Assembly: GCA_951406725.2 (NCBI GenBank) | Contig: OX597815.1 | Coordinates: 162,006,001-162,070,000 of the forward strand | Length of the DNA stretch: 64,000 nt | DNA from: Octopus vulgaris | Lineage: Eukaryota | Reading direction: 5' to 3' | Part shown: positions 13,020-26,929 of the stretch, piece after piece | How positions within the stretch are numbered: position 1 is the first letter of the stretch | Layout: each line of letters begins with the position of its first letter | The notes under the pieces: model-generated | What the model was told of the DNA's origin: nothing | What the model saw: only the letters and a program-made list of their open reading frames with translations | Database searches by the model: none | Position numbers and translations under genes: made by a program

Positions 13020-13247
13020 TTAACCCTTTAGCATTTAGATTACTTTGTCAAATGTAATGCTTACTTATTCACATTATTTCGTATTAATCATGTATTATCT
13101 TGCAGCTTTGAGATTTCAATGGTGTGATTGTATACTGTTAGCATGACATTGTAGAGTAGATGTGAGAAGCAGTCTCTAACCAGTTTCAAGATAAAACAAG
13201 TTGAATATTAGGGCTGGGTATGATCATTTCAAATACTAAAGGATTAA
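13020..13247. mobile_element. piggyBac-type MITE (family 1)
   Basis: ttaaccctttagcatt ... aatactaaaggattaa; interior homologous to 8209-8748. Confidence 0.75.
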
Positions 13248-13314
13248 GTTTTACATTATTCTGTCACCCTACTAGTTGTTGTTGCTGTTGTTATCGTTGT
13301 TGTTGTTGTTGCTG

Positions 13315-13808
13315 TCTTCTTCTTCTTCTTCCAATCAGGACTCATGCCATTAGCCACAAAGAACAATCTCTAATTTGAGCCTACTCTAAGCTACTAAGAA
13401 TGCGTGTGGCAACTTGAAGTTCCACCCACCACATGTGATAGATTGGCGGTTGCACGGGCGTGAAAGCTAAGTTGTTATCCTCATTCCGTAAACAGTGGCT
13501 TTTAACAGGTGGAGAACTGAACCATCCTGGGGTACAGAGGATTCGCAATCTAGACTAGGGTCTGAAAGTTTACCACACCATAGTGAGTTACACCATGGTT
13601 CCTCTGCTTTGTTGAAGAAGTAGGAAGAAAGAGTAAGAGAAAGTTGTGGTGAAAGAGTACAGTGGGGTTCACCCCCACCCCACCAGATCCTTGTGGAGCT
13701 TAGGTGTTTTTGCTCAATAAACACTCACAACGCCTGGTTTGGGAATCGAAACCATGTTCTTACAACCACGAGTCCGCTGCCCTAACTACTGGGCCATTGC
13801 ACCTCCAC
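13315..13808 (-). mobile_element. tRNA-derived SINE, head A with tail type 3 ending in (GAA)n
   Basis: Head and core (13620-13808) match 7620-7801; the tail of about 300 nt is unrelated. Confidence 0.8.
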
Positions 13809-14399
13809 TGTTGTTGCTGTTGTTTAACCCAGAACAACCTTCATTAAACAGAATTATAATCAGAGATGTTCAAACCATAGTCATCCTCTTATATTAGGGA
13901 GTATTTAGAATTGCATTAAGCCAATTTTCGAAATCAAGAGGGTGTGATTTGACCAAGGAATAATGCTTTAATTTGTAGCAGGCTGAGCAACAGTATTAAG
14001 GTTCAGTCACTGTTTTCTTGTTCCACTTAGTGGTTTTAACAGAAAAACCCAATATATGCCTGAGATAAAACTTTGGTCACAGAACAGGAATGGAACTGTT
14101 CAGTAAATAAAAATTTAGCTCTTTACTTTTTATCTTTTATCTCTTATATGTTTCAGTTATTCGACTGTGGCCATGCTGGAATCCCACCTTGACAGGGTTA
14201 GTTGAACGAATCTACCCCAGTACGTATATTTTTTTTCTATCAGTCTAGTACTTACTGCACGAGCAAAATGTTGATCAAAATAACATCTTCACACAATGAG
14301 TCCACGAATATTAAATTATATTATATTTTTAATTCAAAAGTCTGAATGTTGATATTGTTGTTATTGCTGCGACTGCTGCTGCTGTTGCTGTTGCTGCTG

Positions 14400-14737
14400 T
14401 TGAGTGAACGGTCTTCATCCCAGAGCTCACAAGATGGGAGAAGTCTGAAACGTGGTCCTTTGCTATTCGTAAGACCCACAGAAGAGAAAGCAGGTCAACC
14501 CTCAACACCAAGAACATGACTGCGCATCCAGGCTCAGCAGTTGCGTAGGAAGTCGGGAACAAGAAACAGGAAGAAAGAGTGAGAAAAAATTGGGGCAAAA
14601 GAGTACAACAGGGGTCGCCACCACCCCCTGCCGGAACCTCGTGGAGCTTTAGATGTTTTCGTTCAATAAACACACACAACGCCCAGTCTGGGAATCCAAA
14701 CTGCAATCCTCCGACTGCGAGTCCACTGCCCTAACCA
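14400..14737 (-). mobile_element. tRNA-derived SINE, head A with tail type 4 ending in a CAG/CAA-rich tract
   Basis: Head and core (14565-14737) match 13620-13790; the tail is different. Confidence 0.8.
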
Positions 14738-15084
14738 ACCTGCTGTTGTTTAGCTAAAATCAACTTTGAGCAACCAGATTAAAGTTGTTCTAGACATTAC
14801 CCTTCAGTATTTTTTTAGTGCATAGTGTATCCCAGACTACATTATCAAATTTTCTCTTCTTTTTTTTTTTTTAAAGAATTACGGTGTGATTTGATAGGAA
14901 TTCAACTACTGATTCTAGCAAATCAAACAACCATGCTGAGGATCCCTTGCTGATTCATTCCAGTTTTTCAAAATTTTCTCTCTTTTATTTTTTAAAGTTT
15001 CCACTTGAAAGGTTTTAAAATTTTGAGTACAGTGGTTGCCTAAATTAACAGTATTTCTTATTTGTTGCTTTCTCATACCCTCTC

Positions 15085-15308
15085 TTTATACTTTCACTTG
15101 TTTCAGTCATTTGACTGTGGCCATGCTGGAGCACCGCCTTTAGTCGAGCAAATCAACCCCAGGACTTATTCTTTGTAAGCCTAGTACTTATTCTATTGGT
15201 CTCTTTTGCCAAACTGCTAAGTTACGGGGGTGTAAACACACCACCGTCGGTTGTCAAGCGATGCTGGAGGGACAAACACAGACACACAAACATATACACA
15301 CACACACA

Positions 15309-15376
<68 letters not shown>

Positions 15377-15535
15377 CGACGGGCTTCTTTCAGTTTCCGT
15401 CTACCAAATCCACTCACAAGGTTTTGATCAACCCGAGGCTATAGTAGAAGACATTTGCCCAAGGTACCACACAGTGGGACTGAACCCAGAACCATGTGGT
15501 TGGTAAGCAAGTAACTTACCACTCAGTCACTCCAA
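15085..15535 (-). mobile_element. Abundant tRNA-derived SINE family B with internal (TA)/(CA) microsatellite
   Basis: Head gagtggtaag...ctgggttcagtccc, then ccttgggcaaatgtcttc core and the tail ctccagcatggccacagtcaaatgactgaaacaag. Confidence 0.88.
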
Positions 15536-16087
15536 TGCTTTTGTAATTTCTTTATGCTAATATGGGTTAGCTGAGTAAGCAAATTCAGAAATTAGTGTAT
15601 AAAAATTCAGCAACTGCTTTGTTGCTAAGGACCAGGACGATATTATGAAAAAGGAATGATAATTTTTTTTTTTTTTTGTTGTATTTTTTTCTTTCAGATT
15701 ACTAAAATTAAAGCAAAGAAAATAATAATTGCTTTTAACATAAGCTCAAGGATAGAAATTTATAGAGAGAGGGTTAGATAATTATATCACCTCTAGTATT
15801 TGATTGGTACTTTATTTTATCAACACCAGAGGGATGAAAGACAAATTCGAAATGAGTGGGATTTGAACACAGAATGTATAAAACTGGAACAAAAGCAGCA
15901 AGTCATTTTATCTAATGCTCTAAGGGTTCCATATCCAAGGACACAATGAAATAGTTTTAGTTTGGCTTTAGAATATGATTCATTATAATGATGATTGTTA
16001 CATTTTACATTAAGCCACGGCAATAATATGTCATAAAAAAAGGCTCAAGTCATATAGGGCCAGTTTCCCAGTTTCCATGATATATAC

Positions 16088-16295
16088 TCTTTACTCCCTT
16101 TTATTTGTTTCAGTCATTTGACTGCGGCCATGCAGGAGCACCACCTTCAGTCGGGCAAATCGACCCCAGGACTTATTCTTTGTAAGCCTAATACTTATTC
16201 TATCGGTCTCTTTTGCCAAACCGCTATGTTACGGGGACGTAAACACACCAGCATCTGTTGTCAAGCGATGTTTGGGGCCAAACACAGACACACAA

Positions 16296-16364
<69 letters not shown>

Positions 16365-16530
16365 TACGACGGGCTTCTTTCAGTTTCCATCTACTAAATC
16401 CACTGACGAGTCCTTGGTCGGCCCGATGCTATAGTAGAAGACACTTGCCCAAGGTGCCATGCAGTGGGACTGAACCCAGAACCATGTAGTTGGTAAGCAA
16501 GCTATTTACCACATAGCCACTCCTACACTT
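16088..16530 (-). mobile_element. SINE family B
   Basis: Colinear with 15085-15535 and 28266-28685. Confidence 0.88.
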
Positions 16531-16789
16531 ATATATATATATTCTCCACCAGGATGGGACATTGGTCCATCACAGGATTACTCATTTTTGCCAACTGAAA
16601 TGTTATGCTCAGGAACACAATGTGACGTCCAGTTCAGGAACCAAAACCACAATCTTACCATCATGTGGCCAACACCCTTAACACTAAGCCATGCACCTTC
16701 ACACAATAATATATTAAACATAGAAATGAATTTATGTCCAAGAGTCAATAAATCAAGATCTTCTATTCAATATAATGGCTTCTCTCTCC

Positions 16790-16823
<34 letters not shown>

Positions 16824-17429
16824 TGTTTATTTAATTTATTTAAGACTTCATAGATATTGAATTATCAAACTTTTTCCAGGGAATGTTTAATAATGTATTA
16901 TCTTATAGCCACTAGAGAAATTTAAAATATATTGAAACTGTTCACATATCTACTTTTCTGACTGGCTTGCAAAATATTTTTCTTCAAAACACTTAAGGCA
17001 AAAATTTCTAAGTGAAGTGCAGACAAATTTGTAAAACAAATATTAACACACACACACACGTGCTCGCGAGCACACACACACACATGGCAAAGATGACAAC
17101 AGTAACAACGAAGATGATGACACACTACCACCACCACCATAGTACCACTGCCACCACTGCTACCACTGACAATAACAAATTATGTTAGTTTATAACATGA
17201 TGCTTAATGGTAATAAGGTTAAGATGTTGGACAGCTAACTATAACTATAGACTCAGGTATTTACAACTATCACATGATTTTCTATTTTCGTGTGTGTATG
17301 TGTGAGAGTGTGTTTCTATATGCTGGGCCTAGAGGAAAGCACAGAGATGATGGTCTTTACAGGCCCTCCTAGACCAGTGAGAGTGATGTCATTAATGTGC
17401 CTCTTGAACGTTTGTAATTCAATGAATGT

Positions 17430-17765
17430 AGGACTTATTCTTTGTAAGCCTAGTACTTATTCTATTGGTCTCTTTTGCCGAACCACTAAGTTACGGGGAC
17501 GTAAACACACCAGCAACGGTTGTCAAGCGATGTTGGGGGGACAAACACAGACACACAAACACACACACACACATATATATATATACATATACATATATAT
17601 GACGGGCTTCTTTCAGTTTCCGTCTACCAAATCCACTCACAAGGCTTTGGTTGGCCCGACACTATAGTAGAAGACACTTGCCCAAGGTGCCACACAGTGG
17701 GACTGAACCCGGAACCATGTGGTTGGTAAGCAAGCTACTTACCACACAGCCACTCCTGCACCTAT
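17430..17765 (-). mobile_element. SINE family B (3'-truncated)
   Basis: Colinear with the other family B copies. Confidence 0.85.
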
Positions 17766-17769
17766 ATGT

Positions 17770-18363
17770 ATTTTATTGACAGCAAAAGGATAAAAGGCAA
17801 AGTCAACCTTGGCAGCATTTGAACTCAGAATGTAAAGTCACAAAATGAAACTGAGCATTTCCCTACAGCATGCTAATGACTCTGCCAGGTCGTTGCCTTA
17901 GCTAAAACCAAATATTGATTTGAAATTTTTGGCACAAGGCCAGCAATTTCAAGGGAGAGGGTAAATTGATTGCATCGACCCCAGTACTCAACTGGTACTT
18001 ATTTCATCAACCCTGAAAGCATGAAAGGCAAAGTCAACCTTGGTGGAATTTGAACTCGGGATATAAAGATGGACGAAATGCCACTAAGCATTCTGCCTGG
18101 CATGCAAAACAATTCTGCCAGCTCACCACCTTAACAGCCACCACAATTACTGGTTTCAAATTTTAGCACAAGGCCAGCAATTTTGGAAGCAGAGGTAAGT
18201 TGATTACATAGGCCCCAATGCTCATTTGGTTTTTATTTTATCACCCCTGAAAGGATGAGAGGCAAAGTTAACTTTGGTGGAATTTGAACACAGAACATAA
18301 AGACATGAAATGCCACTAAGCATTTTGCCTAGCATGCTAACAACTCTGCCAGCTCACTGCCTT
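17770..18363 (-). mobile_element. Three tandem tRNA-derived SINEs with Meta-domain-like core (family C)
   Basis: Three copies of gaaaggcaaagtcaacctt...tttgaactcagaa...ctgccagctcaccacctt (about 17770-17900, 17915-18133, 18150-18363). The core gcctttcatcctt...ggtcgataaaataagtaccag resembles the Meta domain. Confidence 0.8.
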
Positions 18364-18964
18364 GTGAACCAGAACAAATATTACAAGGTGTTCTGTGTTC
18401 TAACAAGTCTACCAACTCAACACAATATATAATAGAAAGCTTATGCAAAGAACATTACTTGTCTAATTTAATAGCCCAATTTCTGTGTGTAATGTCGGTC
18501 TGCTTATTGTGTTTAAGATATTTTTACTTCTTTATTAATGAGTTACTAAACTGTACATAATTTATTTTGAAAAACTGTTAATGTATAACATAATTTCGTA
18601 ACATAATATCTTCGACAATGCAATGAAATATTTACCTGACTATTTACCTAATGATATTCCTGTCCAAATAAAGTCCAACCAAACTTGCTTATTATCAAAT
18701 TAAGCTGAAAATAGTTGAGCCAATGAAGTTGCTAATAGTCAATTCTCCAAATATTCCAAAGTAAATAAGTCCAGGATACAAACAGTTCAAATATGTGAGT
18801 TTCTCTGTTGACTTTGAAATACATAACAAACTTGAATTACTGCATTCAATGCCTCTTAAAAATGAGGATATTAGATAATGTAACCCTAGATTCACTATGT
18901 CTGAAAAATATAAAGGTGTAATGATCACAGCTGGAATGCTTTTATTCATAGATCTGTTTGTTAT

Positions 18965-19005
<41 letters not shown>

Positions 19006-19415
19006 CAGATAGACAGAAACAGAGAGACAGAGAGAGACAAACAGAGAGACAGACAGAGATAGGAGAAGAAGTACTGATCCCAAGTACTTGACTGCTATTT
19101 TATTTGTCAACTTTGGATGGATGAACAGCATGGCCAACCTCATCAGGATTTGAACTGATGGCGCAAAAAATCTGGAACAACCACTGCCAGTCGTCATCAA
19201 CATCATTTCAATGTCAAACTTTCCATGCTTGCATGAATCAAGCAGAGCTTATTTAAGCAGATTTTCTATAGTCAGATGCCCTTCGTGTTGCTAACCTTTA
19301 CCTGTTTCTGAGCAACATGATATTTTCCCTTGGCCAGACATGTTTTCACTGAATATTAGAGATGAACGACATTCATTTACAGCAATCATGTGATATCAAG
19401 ACAAGATCACACACG

Positions 19416-19547
<132 letters not shown>

Positions 19548-20479
19548 ACAGTCTCCTTTCAGTTTCCTTCAACCTAATTCACTAACACAAGGTTTTGGTC
19601 AGTCAGCTAAGACACAATAATCATCATCATCAACAACATTTAACGTTTGTTTTCTGTGCTGGCATGGGTTGAATGGCTTGACAGGAGCTAGCAAGGCCAG
19701 AGCCCACATCAAGTTCCAGAGTTTGTTTTGGCTTAGTTTCTATGGTTTCTTATGGTTTCTTATGGTTTCTTAGTTTCTATGGTTTCTTCTTTAGTTTCTA
19801 TGACTTTCTTAATAGCAACCACTTTACAGAGTGTACTGAGTGCTTTTTTACATAGCACCATCAACAGTGCTTTTTGAGAGACACCAGCACCACGGTCTTT
19901 TATGTGGCACCAGCACCCACACCATTGCTTTTTACACTGCACCTTGCTTTTAGGGTCTCAATTCTGTTGTGGTGGATGAGTCTTCTCAAGTACAGCAAAC
20001 CACCACATATCTCAGTCCAATGCACCACACATCTTGGTCCTCTAATAAATTAGTTATTGATATATGCATGAAGATTGGTGGTTTTGTCTGATGTCCCTTA
20101 CTCCGAACCTCAGCCATGATTATCAGAATAACAATTTGTTCATTCCTTCATTTGTTCATTCCTTCATTCGTTCATTCCTTCATTTATTCAAACACACTTA
20201 TTTGTAAATTGTACACCACAGTATATTATATTTGGATATCCATAAGTGATATATAAGTAAAGATTGAAGGTCATTATTTCTTAGAAACTTTACATGGAAA
20301 CTCATGCAACTGAAGTGTTTAAATTCTAAGCTATTTCCTTTGAAACATATCTTTTTCTTCTGATCATTACTTATAAGACTTCCAGTAGACAGTAAAATAT
20401 TATTTATAAAAATAGAACTAATACATTTCTAAATATCTCAGAGAGATTTATGCAGTAGTGGTATGATAAAGTAGTTGTA

Positions 20480-20705
20480 TACTGTCAACTTAATGTGACA
20501 GTCCCATGAAGGGAATCACACCACTGCTATTTAGCCCTAGGAAGCAGCAACGCTTCCTGTCAGCCGTAACACATTTCCTGTGTCCTTAAGTTTACAAGGG
20601 GAGACAAGCACCCCCATCCAGCTAAGCCTGCATCAAGAGACTAGTTTCTGAGTCTTCGCTCGTCACCAGTCTGGAGTAGCATGGAGATGCCTATCTAGCC
20701 TTTGC
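20480..20705 (-). mobile_element. Short GC-richer interspersed element with hammerhead-like core (20634-20674)
   Basis: Minus strand reads CCAGA-CTGGTGA-C-GAG-cgaaga-CTC-A-GAAA-CTAG-TC-TCTTG. Confidence 0.5.
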
Positions 20706-21209
20706 AAACAAATAAGAATTCTAGTGAAATACATTCACTGATTACAAAAATAGAAATAATACATTTCTAAATAAAATATCTCAGTAATTTCATTTAGAAA
20801 TATAGATTTGGTTAAAGCTAAATGAAAAGATGAAATTCTTAATAACAGATATGCTTTTTTTGCTTTGTTAGGCTGTGATTTGACAGAATCATTAGAGTGT
20901 CAAGCAAAATACTTTGCAAAATACTTCTTGTGGCATCTTATGCCCTAGGTTCAGATCCTGCTGAGGTTAACTTTGCTTTTCATCTTTTCAGGGTTAAATA
21001 AAGTAAGGTAGTCTGAATTACATGAAACTAATTCCATGTAAAGTAAGAAATCTGCTCGTGATTTGTGACATGTAGGTTAGAGATGTGTAGAGTTCCAGAT
21101 AGTAAGGCACAGGTGCCAGATGAGGCACATCATCAAAATCTGGAAGCTACGAAATAATGCCAGATTAATTCAAAACAATGTGAATTAATAAGCATTGCAT
21201 TTCATAGAG

Positions 21210-21690
21210 CAGGGATCACCAAACTTTTTTCACAGTGGACCAGATTACTGAGAGAATGGCAAGCGTGGGCCACATAACCATTTTTTTCAATTACAATACA
21301 ACAAACACACAAAAAATAAAGACAACCAACTTATATATTTACCAAAAAGTTATCAAAGAAGGTAACATTAGCAATATGATAGTTATATCACACCCAGTGT
21401 GCACATATCTGAATCTCACAAACTAAATATCAAAAGAGGTTAGTGAGATTTGTGAAACTGGTGTTTGCTGCATCCAACCAAAGGAATTGCTTTCAAATGT
21501 CCATCAGTCAACCTCGTTCGATGTGCTGACTTCACATACTTCATTTTTGAAAATGTTTGCTCAAAGAAGTTGTTCCAAATGAACTCTCATTGCAGGTACT
21601 TGCACAAAAGGTACAGTGCGGTAGCAGGCTGAATGAACTGGCCTTGCAGGCCAGATCCAGCCCTTGGGCCGTAGTTAGATGACCCCCTTG
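21210..21690 (-). mobile_element. Internally deleted hAT (Buster-type) transposon
   Basis: TIRs cagggatcaccaaact / agttagatgacccccttg; 8-bp TSD tcatagag/tcatacag with central TA. The minus strand encodes EQTFSKMKYVKSAHRTRLTDGHLKAI...QFHKSH* (hAT dimerisation region). Confidence 0.88.
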
Positions 21691-21940
21691 TCATACAGTA
21701 ATCTGAATTCTGCAGTTAAGAGTAATGAAATTCCACTATATTGGATATATCTATAGTCTGCAGTAAAAGGGTTAAGAATATGAAGGCAATGACTAACATA
21801 GCGATATTATTATCAACTATTACAAGGATAAAGAAGATGCTCCGGAAAGAAGTAAGTGCAGAGGCATCAATTTGGTGAACCAGGTTATGAAAGTTACTAA
21901 ACAATTGACAAGCAAAACTGATTAAGAAATGAATAAGCTT

Positions 21941-22340
21941 AGGTGTAGGAGTGGCTGTGTGGTAAATAGCTTGCTTATAAATCACATGGTTCCAGGTTCA
22001 GTCCCACTGTGTGGCACCTTGAGCAAGTGTCTTCTACTATAGCCTCGGGCCAACCAAAGCCTTGTGAGTGGATTTGGTACACGGAAACTGAAAGAAGCCC
22101 GTTGTATATATGTATGTATGTGTTTGTGTGTCTGTGTTTGTTCCCCCCAACATTACTTGACAACCGATGCTGGTGTGTTTACATCCCTGTAACAGTAGTT
22201 CTGCAAAAGAGTCCGCTAGAATAAGTACTAGGCTTACAAAGAATAAGTCCTGGGGTCGATTTGCTCAACTAAAGGCGGTGCTCCAGCATGGCCACAGTCA
22301 AATGACTGCAACAAGTAAAACAGTAAAAGAGTAAGAGTAG
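21941..22340 (+). mobile_element. SINE family B
   Basis: Full head (ggtgtaggagtggctgtgtggtaa) through to the gtaaaaga tail. Confidence 0.9.
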
Positions 22341-22759
22341 GCTTAGATGAGATATAATTTGACTTTATGAAATGAAGGAATATCATTGATACTCTCTTTC
22401 CAGTGGATCAAGTAAATCTAGCAAGATACTCTATGTTCATAAGTTGTTCTTTGCAAGAAATTTCATTAGCATCATCACCATTAATCATTATATATGCGAG
22501 CTTGTGTGTGTGGATATACAACTCCTAAAAGCATGACTTTACACGGCCTTTCATGCCTTTAGTTTATCAGCTGGCCCACTCACTTTCACTCTCTTTTCCT
22601 CTATCCTTCCACACATTCTCTCTCTTTCTCTTTCTCTCTCTTTTTTCTCTCTCTTTTTCTCTCTTTATAATTAACTAATGAATGTAATAATTAAAGCCAA
22701 CTTGATATGGCAACAGAAGCAAGTTGAGAAGGTGCATGAATGTGTATGCAGTATATGTG

Positions 22760-22761
22760 TT

Positions 22762-22793
<32 letters not shown>

Positions 22794-23550
22794 TGTATGT
22801 ATGTATGTATGTATGTATGTATGTATGCATGTATGCATGTATGGATGGATGGATGGATGGATGGATGGATGGATGTCATTATTCAGTTTTATTTCAAGAT
22901 TTCTTGCCAAAAGAGAAACAGCCAGTTTCTAACCTGGATCCAAGGCCCTTTTATTGAAATTTCAACATCAACAACAGGGTATTTTTATTTTTGATGCATG
23001 TATGTATGTATGTATGTATGTATGTATGTATGTATGTATGTATGTATGCGTGCATGCATGTATGTATGTATGTATGTATGTATGTATGTATGTATGTATG
23101 TATGTATGTATGTATGTATGTATGTATGTATGTGTGTGTGTATGTATGTATGTATGTATGTATGTATGCATGCATGCATGTATGTATGCATGCATGTATG
23201 TATGTATGTATGTATATATGTATGAATGTATGTATGTATGTATGCGTGTGTGTGTTTGTATGTATGTATGTATGTATGTATGTATGTGTATGTATTAATG
23301 CAAATTCACCTAGAAATTCAGTTAGCAATTGTCATTTAACCTCTGACATACAAGCATTTATGCATTCCTTTGTCCGTTTACCACTTGAGAGTATTTCTTA
23401 TACACACTGAGCACTCATAAGAACATCTAACGCTTTCTGCATACAGTCTCACCCACACACTCATATACACAAGCACACACACACACATGCACACACATAC
23501 ACATACACACACACATATTTACATATACACACAGATACATTTTTACATAA

Positions 23551-23624
<74 letters not shown>

Positions 23625-24048
23625 GGATTAATAGATAGATAGATAGATATAGATGTGTGTGTGTGTGTCCAAGTGTGTGTGTGTGTGTGTGTTTGTATGC
23701 ATGTATGCATGTATGTATGTATGTATGTATATATGTATGTGTATATATATTTATACATTCATATAAACACACATATAAATGTATGTATATATCAATATAT
23801 ATATTTGGCAATAAAATGACGATCCTGAAATATAAATAGATAGCTAGATAGATAGATAGATAGATACACATACATACATACACACATACACATACATATA
23901 TATATACACACACACATACATGTGCATGTGTGTTTATATACATATGCATGCGTATGTGTGTAAGTATATATACATATTCTTTATTTGTGAAATAACGTCA
24001 TACATCTGCCAATGCAGTGTTGAGCGCTCATTTCACTGTTCAACATTT

Positions 24049-24100
<52 letters not shown>

Positions 24101-24135
24101 ATATGTATGTATGTAAGTATGCATGTATTAGTGTG
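22760..24135. repeat. Microsatellite field (ATGT, GGAT, AGAT, CA, TA), including the 110-bp element at 22875-22985
   Basis: Direct reading; explains the MYVC/HTYI/LSIY ORFs. Confidence 0.95.
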
Positions 24136-24565
24136 TGTGTGTGTGAAGCTATGTAGAAAGCCTTTGATGTTCTTATGAGAAGAAAATTCATTTAAAGTAT
24201 TCAGTGCATATAACAAATACTTTGAAGGCAGAAATGGACAAAAGAATACATAGATGCTTCTATGTTGCTGGTTAAATGGATGTTCTTATACTTATTTTTC
24301 CATGCCAACTTAAGTCAGATGAGTATGTTTTACAACAACCGATGCTAACCTCTACCTGTTTTACAAGTAAAGCTTCTTTTCCTACTCTGCATGGCCTTGA
24401 AATAAGCAGACAATTTATTGACGGAAGTGCCAACAACGCTGCACTGACATCGTGACTTTAATACAAATGGGCTAAATGGAACAAATATACGCAAACACAC
24501 ACAAGCACAGACATTCACACACACACACACACGTGCGCATATATATATACATATGTACACATTCA

Positions 24566-24787
24566 TACGAGGGGGTGCTGAAAAGTTCCTGGCTTTAAGA
24601 GTATTGCAAAAAGGCCTGGCTGGAGGACCAAACTTCTGAGTTCTTTTACAAAGCGTAGAAAAACTGAAGGACCCCTGCAATAAGTGTGTGAACCCAAGAG
24701 AGAAATATTTTGAATAAAATCATAATTAATTGATCCTCCTGTATTTTATTTTACCCAGAGCCAGGAAGTTTTCAGCACTCACTCATA
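24566..24787 (+). mobile_element. mariner-derived MITE
   Basis: TA-cgagggggtgctgaaaagttcctggct ... agccaggaagttttcagcactcactca-TA. The interior retains EKLKDPCNKCVNPREKYFE*. Copies at 35440-35668 and 48095-48309. Confidence 0.85.
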
Positions 24788-24794
24788 TACATAC

Positions 24795-24828
<34 letters not shown>

Positions 24829-25166
24829 CGCGTTCATGTTGTGAGAGTGTGAGGGGGGGGCGTGTGTGTGTGTGTGTATTGATATGATGGGCTTCTTTCA
24901 GTTTCCATCTTCCAAATCCGTTCACAAGACTCTTGCCCAAAGTGCAACACAGTGGGACTGAACCCAGAACCATGTGGTTGGTAAACAAACTTCTCACCAC
25001 ACATCCATTCCTTTGTATTCTTCCTACTTTTCCTAGGATGGCAAGGTGTGATTTTAGGGAGATTTGGGAGCTCTTTCTATCAGGGTGAGAGACCAAGTAA
25101 ATACACCTACATATACATACTATATATACATACATGTATGTATGTATGTATATGTATGTATATATA

Positions 25167-25335
25167 TCATCATCGTTTAACGTCCGCTTTCCATGCTAGC
25201 ATGGGTTGGATGAATGACTGAGGGCTGGCTAACCAGATGGCTGCACCAGGCTTCAATCTTGATCTGACAGAGTTTCTACTGCTGGATGCCCTTCCTAACG
25301 CCAACCACTCCGAGAGTGTAGTGGGTGCTTTTACA
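25167..25335 (-). mobile_element. RTE-type 3' tail element ending in (GAT)n
   Basis: Matches the 3' end of the RTE at 40130-40298. Confidence 0.85.
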
Positions 25336-26224
25336 TATATATATGGTGGTGGTGATCTACTCTTTATGGAGGAGAGTTTGACCACCTCCTGTACCTACAC
25401 CTTAGAACCATCACGGCATCTGATGTGACTTTTTAAACTAGCTAATGTTTTTAAAAGACGCCCACATAGATTGCATATCCGATTGGAACCACCAATGTTA
25501 TAGTTTGCTTGAAGCAGTGTACATGATATGTAACATAGAAAGAGATAGAAGGCTAAACAATGCAAAATGCACTGTAAGATGAGGTAACGAAAATTGAAAG
25601 TAAGTTACCAAGTAATCTTTGTTTGGTTTTTATTGTTGTTGCTGTTGTTCTTTTAACTGTCCAATATTTCGGGACCTAAAAGTTTAGCCTTCCATCTCTT
25701 TGCACATTACTCCTTGTTAGGTTCATTTAAAAGCTCATTGACAAAACCAGTAAAATGTTGATTTGTTCATAATGTGTCCTTCCTGTGTTTTAGAAAACTA
25801 TTTCAAATTTAATTATTGTCCAATATCCACCAAGTCTATTCTTGGTTGTCTTCAGCACGACAGATTAATTTGAAAATCGATTCTAGTTTATTTGGATCCT
25901 GTTTGAGAAAGATACTGTCTTGTTGGCTCGTGGCATCACTTCTTAAATAATTTATATGATTGACCTCTTGCTAATGGCTGATAGAATTTCAAGATATTGC
26001 CTTTGTTTAGAATATTCACAAGATTCAGTAATTATGTAGTTTTCTATGTTAGCATGAAGCAGATTAGAAGTACAAACTATAGAGAATGATGCTGGTGAAT
26101 CATGAGAGATTGTAACAATAAATATTTCGTGTGGGGAGGTCTTTTGTTAGTGGAGAAATCATTAGAGTGAACGATCAGAGTTTTCAGAAGGAAAGAGGAA
26201 ATACTACAATTATTAAACTTCTTA

Positions 26225-26883
26225 TGGAAAGGATATGAAGATTATAGAGAGGGTGAGGCCATTATAGAGAGGGTATGACCAATATAGTGGTTGTACAACC
26301 ATTATAGTAGACACAGGCATGACTGTGTAGTTAAGAAGTTTGCCTCCCAACCACATGATTCTGGTTTCAGTCCCAATGAATGGCACCTTGGGCACACATC
26401 TTCTACTATAGCCTTGGGATGACCAAGGCTATAGTAGACACATGTTTGTGTCTTCTTGCGTTGACATTATATGGTAGTTGTGATTGTCACTGTCATTCAA
26501 GCAGTGTCATTTATTTCCAACATTGCACCTTGGGTAACTGTCTTCTACTATAGCCCTGGGCTAACCAAAGTCTTGTGAATGGATTAGGCATATGGAAACT
26601 GAAAGATACCTGTTGCATATGTGTGTGTGCATGCACGTGCATGCATGTGTGTTTTAGTGGTCTCCATGTCTTAACATTGCATGATAGTCCCTAATAAGCT
26701 TCATCATCATACCAGAGATGGTCCTTCATTTCCAATCTTCCATAAAAACATGTCTGATCATGAGAAATAACATTACTTTACTTGGAGATAGGTCATGGGT
26801 TGGTGACTGAAAGGACATCTGACTGGAGAAAATCCTCCTCGACAAACACTTTCCAGCCCATACAAGCGTGGAAAAACATTAAA

Positions 26884-26929
<46 letters not shown>

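Noticed and set aside
22678-24156. Many overlapping MYVC/HTYI/LSIY ORFs (also near 9.5-10.3, 29.4-29.9, 36.4-36.7, 46.4-47.0 and 57.4-58.1 kb)
   Set aside because: Microsatellite translation artefacts.
25420-26120. Non-repetitive-looking block that might be coding
   Set aside because: No sustained frame, splice pattern or recognisable motif.
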